Below are positions 60,376 through 64,000 of a stretch of 64,000 bases of DNA, one piece after another (position 1 is the stretch's first letter; every line of letters begins with the position of its first letter). The position numbers and the translations under genes are program-made. This DNA comes from Paragordius varius (taxonomy: Eukaryota; Animalia; Nematomorpha): assembly GCA_964247055.1 (NCBI GenBank), contig OZ176051.1:3906001-3970000 (forward strand), in the 5' to 3' direction. Below the pieces are notes generated by a model that searched no databases, was not told where the DNA came from, and saw nothing but the letters and a program-made list of their open reading frames with translations.

Positions 60376-63198
60376 TCATAAAACTGATAAAGGGTCCCTA
60401 CTCAAGCTTAGATTATTGAGCTTAGTTTGTAATGGAGCGTCTTGAGAAACATTTGAGTTATTTATAATAACTTCCTCGTTTACCGATTTTTTATCGTCTA
60501 CGATTGTAATATGATTATTTTGCAGTAATGATTGAGATGAATTTGGATTAGATAATAATGATTTTGTCCCACTTTCTATTGTTTGTGCCAAAGAGTTATT
60601 ACCCATAGAATTGTTAGGCATCTCCTCCTGCGTATGCAGAGTTGTTTGAGAGTTTTGTTCGTTGGTCGTTTCAAAATTTTTGGATAAATTAGAAGAGGTT
60701 TCCGTTTTATTTGTGCCTGTATCTACTGATGACTCCATATTTAAATCAACCGCATTAGAATTAATTTGATGAGAAGTGCCTTTTTGTTGAGAATGTAAAT
60801 GAGTTTTGAGATATTTTTTCTCTGCCGATATTCGTTCACAACATTGTGCCATGTAAAAACTATAGGGGCTAAATAATCGAACTGTCCGTATGTTATTATT
60901 ACCATTTGCGGCATACTGAACTGAAGATAAACTATAATTGCTATTTTTATTATTTACATTGTCTCCAGAATTATCCGGTGCAATATTTGTAGTTTTTGGC
61001 AATGAAGATTTTATGTATGAGAAGGCAAAATCCCAATTTGAAAACGCGGTGGGCGATGTTTCATCTAACAAATGGTACATTTTTTTATATAAAAATAGTT
61101 AAAAAAACTATATAAGATGCGATTTTTGCAATAAAAAACAACTAAAACATCAACAGCAAATTTTTAAACCTCGTTTAATAAATAACTTACGGGCTCTTAA
61201 TATTAGGACATAAGTTTATAAAATTTTTAATAAAATTTTTATTATAAAAATAACTATCGCGCATAATTCTAACACAATAACATTACAAATCTAATTAATA
61301 TATAATATCTCATACCATAAATATCTTGCGTATTTACCAACTGTGGAAGCAAGGAATTTTCTGCAAAAGAGGCACTGTTAGTCATATTAGAATTTGTAAC
61401 GTTTTCATTTAACTCTTGATTTTGATTAAAAGTGGCCATCGATTTTATATGCGGCGTAGAAATAGATTTGGGAACTGAGGGTGTTTTTATTTGATTCTGG
61501 CAAATTTTATCAACACTGTCTGTGGATTCATTGATAAGACCATATTGAACAATTTTATCCCAAGAAAACTGTATAATTTTATTCTACGTAAGACAAAAAA
61601 AAGTAAAAACATTAAAACTAATTTGGATGGTAATATTTAAATTTAATAAAAAAATGGTTTAATATATTAATATTAGATTTTTATTTATTCATGATGGAAA
61701 ATTTTATTATTAATATTCATAATAATAAATCAAATAAAATATACAGTAATCAATCATAAAGACTAATAAAAATTAAAAGGCGAATATTTTAAAAAGACAA
61801 ACATACAAACCTTATTTTTTTTATTATTCATTGCTTTTGGTTGCAAAAAAGGAATAATAGTTCACAATTGTAATAATTTAAGTTATATAAAAACTAGGTT
61901 TTAAAGTTGTATTTATTAAAAACAATCTTTTATTTTATTTCTTTTTAAAATTATTTATTATTGTACTTTGGGCTCTTAAATTTTTTTAAATAATGGTAAT
62001 TTTTTTTTTAAGATTTTAGCTATTTTGATATCAATATAATTATTTTATTATAAATACTTCTGATATCCCTTCATCATTCATTGCCTCCAATGCTAAACCA
62101 TATGGTGAAATTATTAATGCAACATTGTGATAGTCAGGGTGCAAATTTATGTGAGAATTTGTAGACATATCTTATGGGATAAAAATTTTTTTCTAAATTA
62201 AATTGAATAAAAAAAGATAAAAAAAATAAAAATGTTACTTGGATTAGATATCTTTTTGCGTTTGCGACTATTACATGGGCATGGGGGAAAGGTTATCACA
62301 TTGTAACTGTGTGGGTAAAAATATACACGAATAAAATTAACAATGTTAATAAATTTCGTAAAATTAAAAAGAGGGATAATAAAGGTAAATTCAAAGTATT
62401 TATTAAAAAAAGCTGGTAATTTTATCTGTTTTAGCTGGGTTAAAACAAGGTATGCCATTAAAATTCAAAATCACAGTGGAACAATTCAAATTCATCAAAA
62501 AAATAAATTATGTATTTTTGGGCTAATGTAACTCATCATTAATATGAAATATATTTTTACGACATAGTTTTATATATTTCAGCATTATATTAGTTTTAAA
62601 CAGAATTTCATATTTTAAAATAATTAAAAAATAAAGGTATTTATTAATGTAGAAAAACACTTAATTTATTTTAGGGTGAATTTGAATTGTTCAAGGTGAA
62701 TTTAAACTGGCAATGGTATTTATAAACATACAAATCAATATACATTCGATTAAAAAGGTAAAAAAAATTAAATACGTCCGTTTATACCGCCATATATCAT
62801 TAGCTAATAAATATTATCGAGCATAAATATATAATTTAAAGTAAAACTAAATCAGCAAACCATATTACTTGGCACATATATAAAACTCGAATAAACGCAC
62901 GAAATATAAATAATTTTAGTCGTTTAAAAATATATTAAAAACAAAATTATAAAATATAGAAATCACAATTTTATAAAATTTACCAGGAAAGAGGCAAGAC
63001 AAGTTTTAAAACACCATAGTAATCCTTGTTAGCTTTACATGCTTCTATACGTAAGGGTAATGGGTCGTCCTCATTGCTATTCAACAAATTTTTAGCAGAA
63101 ATAATGCAATTCATATCTGAATCTCCGAATAATGCTGATGATGGCCAAATAATTTTTACACTATTTTCAATCAGGTTTCGATTTAATTGTTGTAATGC
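60376..63198 (-). CDS. SNX27: Sorting nexin-27-like, 3' part (FERM-like domain and tail); the gene continues upstream
   Basis: Exons 63198-62984, 62306-62239, 62170-62058, 61583-61338 and ~61080-60376. They give YNVITFPPCPCNSRKR (cf. YNEIIFPHCACDSRRK), EGISENKIIQFSWDKI (cf. EGQLENQVIAFEWDEM) and FAFSYIK...VRLFSPYSFYMAQCCERI (cf. FCFEY...VKIFTPYFNYMHECFERV). The join into the last exon is unresolved. Confidence 0.82.
62455..62716. mobile_element. MITE (third copy of the CCATT...AATGG family) in an SNX27 intron
   Basis: CCATTAAAATTCAAAATCAC...CAATTCAAATTC / GGGTGAATTTGAATTG...CAATGG|TA. Confidence 0.75.
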
Positions 63199-64000
63199 CT
63201 AAAAACAAATAATAAATAGCGTAAATTATAACTTTGAAATTGGTAAATAATAGGAGGAAAGAATTTTTCATTAAACAATGAATTATATTTTATTAACAAG
63301 ATAAAACCGAAAATATGAAAGTTTAAAAGTACCCATTTAGTAAAACATACACATTAACCATTATAATTGCTATAAAATTTTGAAAAAATTTCATCTTTTC
63401 TTCGAATACCGTTTATTATATTTATGGAAATATAAATATTTGAATTATTAGAATATTAAGGTGGTTGTAAATATATAATTATGAAAAATTATAATAATTT
63501 AAAATTATACGTGTGTAGTAAAGAACGTGAATCAAAGTTTAATTAAATGCAAGCGAAAAAATATGCAGTCAAATATTTTGATATAATTAAGTAAAAAACG
63601 AGATATTACATAAAAGAATATTATTGTCATTAATTCAATATTTTTGTTATTAACAAAAAAAATACGGAAGATTAAAATTTATAAAGAAAATAATGGTTTG
63701 AATGCTTAAAAGTGATAAAAAGTATATTATTAAATAAAAAAATACATTTCATATATTAATCTATTAATCTCTACATTTTCACAGGGTAGTAAAAGCAATT
63801 AAAATTAACCATTTTTTTTGGATACACGTTCACAAGGGTGTATAAACATATAATATGACCTTATATATAAAAATAATCCCTAAAATAACCTAAATATAAT
63901 ACAAAATAATAAATTTTCTTTCAATATCATTTGCTATATAATGAATAAAAAATTAAGAAAAAATGTTTGGAAAAAAGGCAATATATATTACTTGATGATA

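Noticed and set aside
1-64000. Species assignment (for example a nematomorph or another reduced invertebrate parasite)
   Set aside because: The cuticlin-type ZP gene, acylated globin and AT-richness fit several invertebrate lineages, and nothing in the window is diagnostic.

Overview
AT-rich animal genomic DNA with spliceosomal GT-AG introns; the species cannot be determined from the window. Eight protein-coding genes were reconstructed by hand: TRIP13/pch2 (5' part, -), intronless asparagine synthetase (-), intronless TFIIH p44/GTF2H2 (-), a 25.7-kb RanBP2/Nup358 (+), an N-acylated globin (+), RTF2 (-), a cuticlin-type ZP-domain membrane protein (+, 5' end not found) and the 3' part of SNX27 (-). 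Main discovery: a strong 5'-to-3' polarity in intron size. All 13 introns in the first ~650 nt of three housekeeping genes (TRIP13, RanBP2, RTF2) are 22-30 nt. Every intron I could place further downstream is about 65 nt to 11 kb. These micro-introns hide TRIP13, RTF2 and the RanBP2 N-terminus from the ORF track. Twelve of the 13 are non-3n, and the single 3n one carries an in-frame stop. The globin's 1.9-kb first intron is a counterexample. Two housekeeping start codons lie only about 60 bp from a neighbouring gene. RanBP2 intron 8 (11,078 nt) is a nested transposon stack: a fused pair of foldback-like Tc1/IS630 elements with 21-bp repeat arrays, containing a hAT MITE, a broken DD34E transposase and a 6.9-kb non-autonomous Helitron expanded into a 542/514-bp higher-order tandem array. 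Also present: three related TA-target MITEs, a tRNA-like SINE with an 18-bp TSD and a Buster-type hAT remnant. All gene and family calls rest on remembered motifs; no database search was run.
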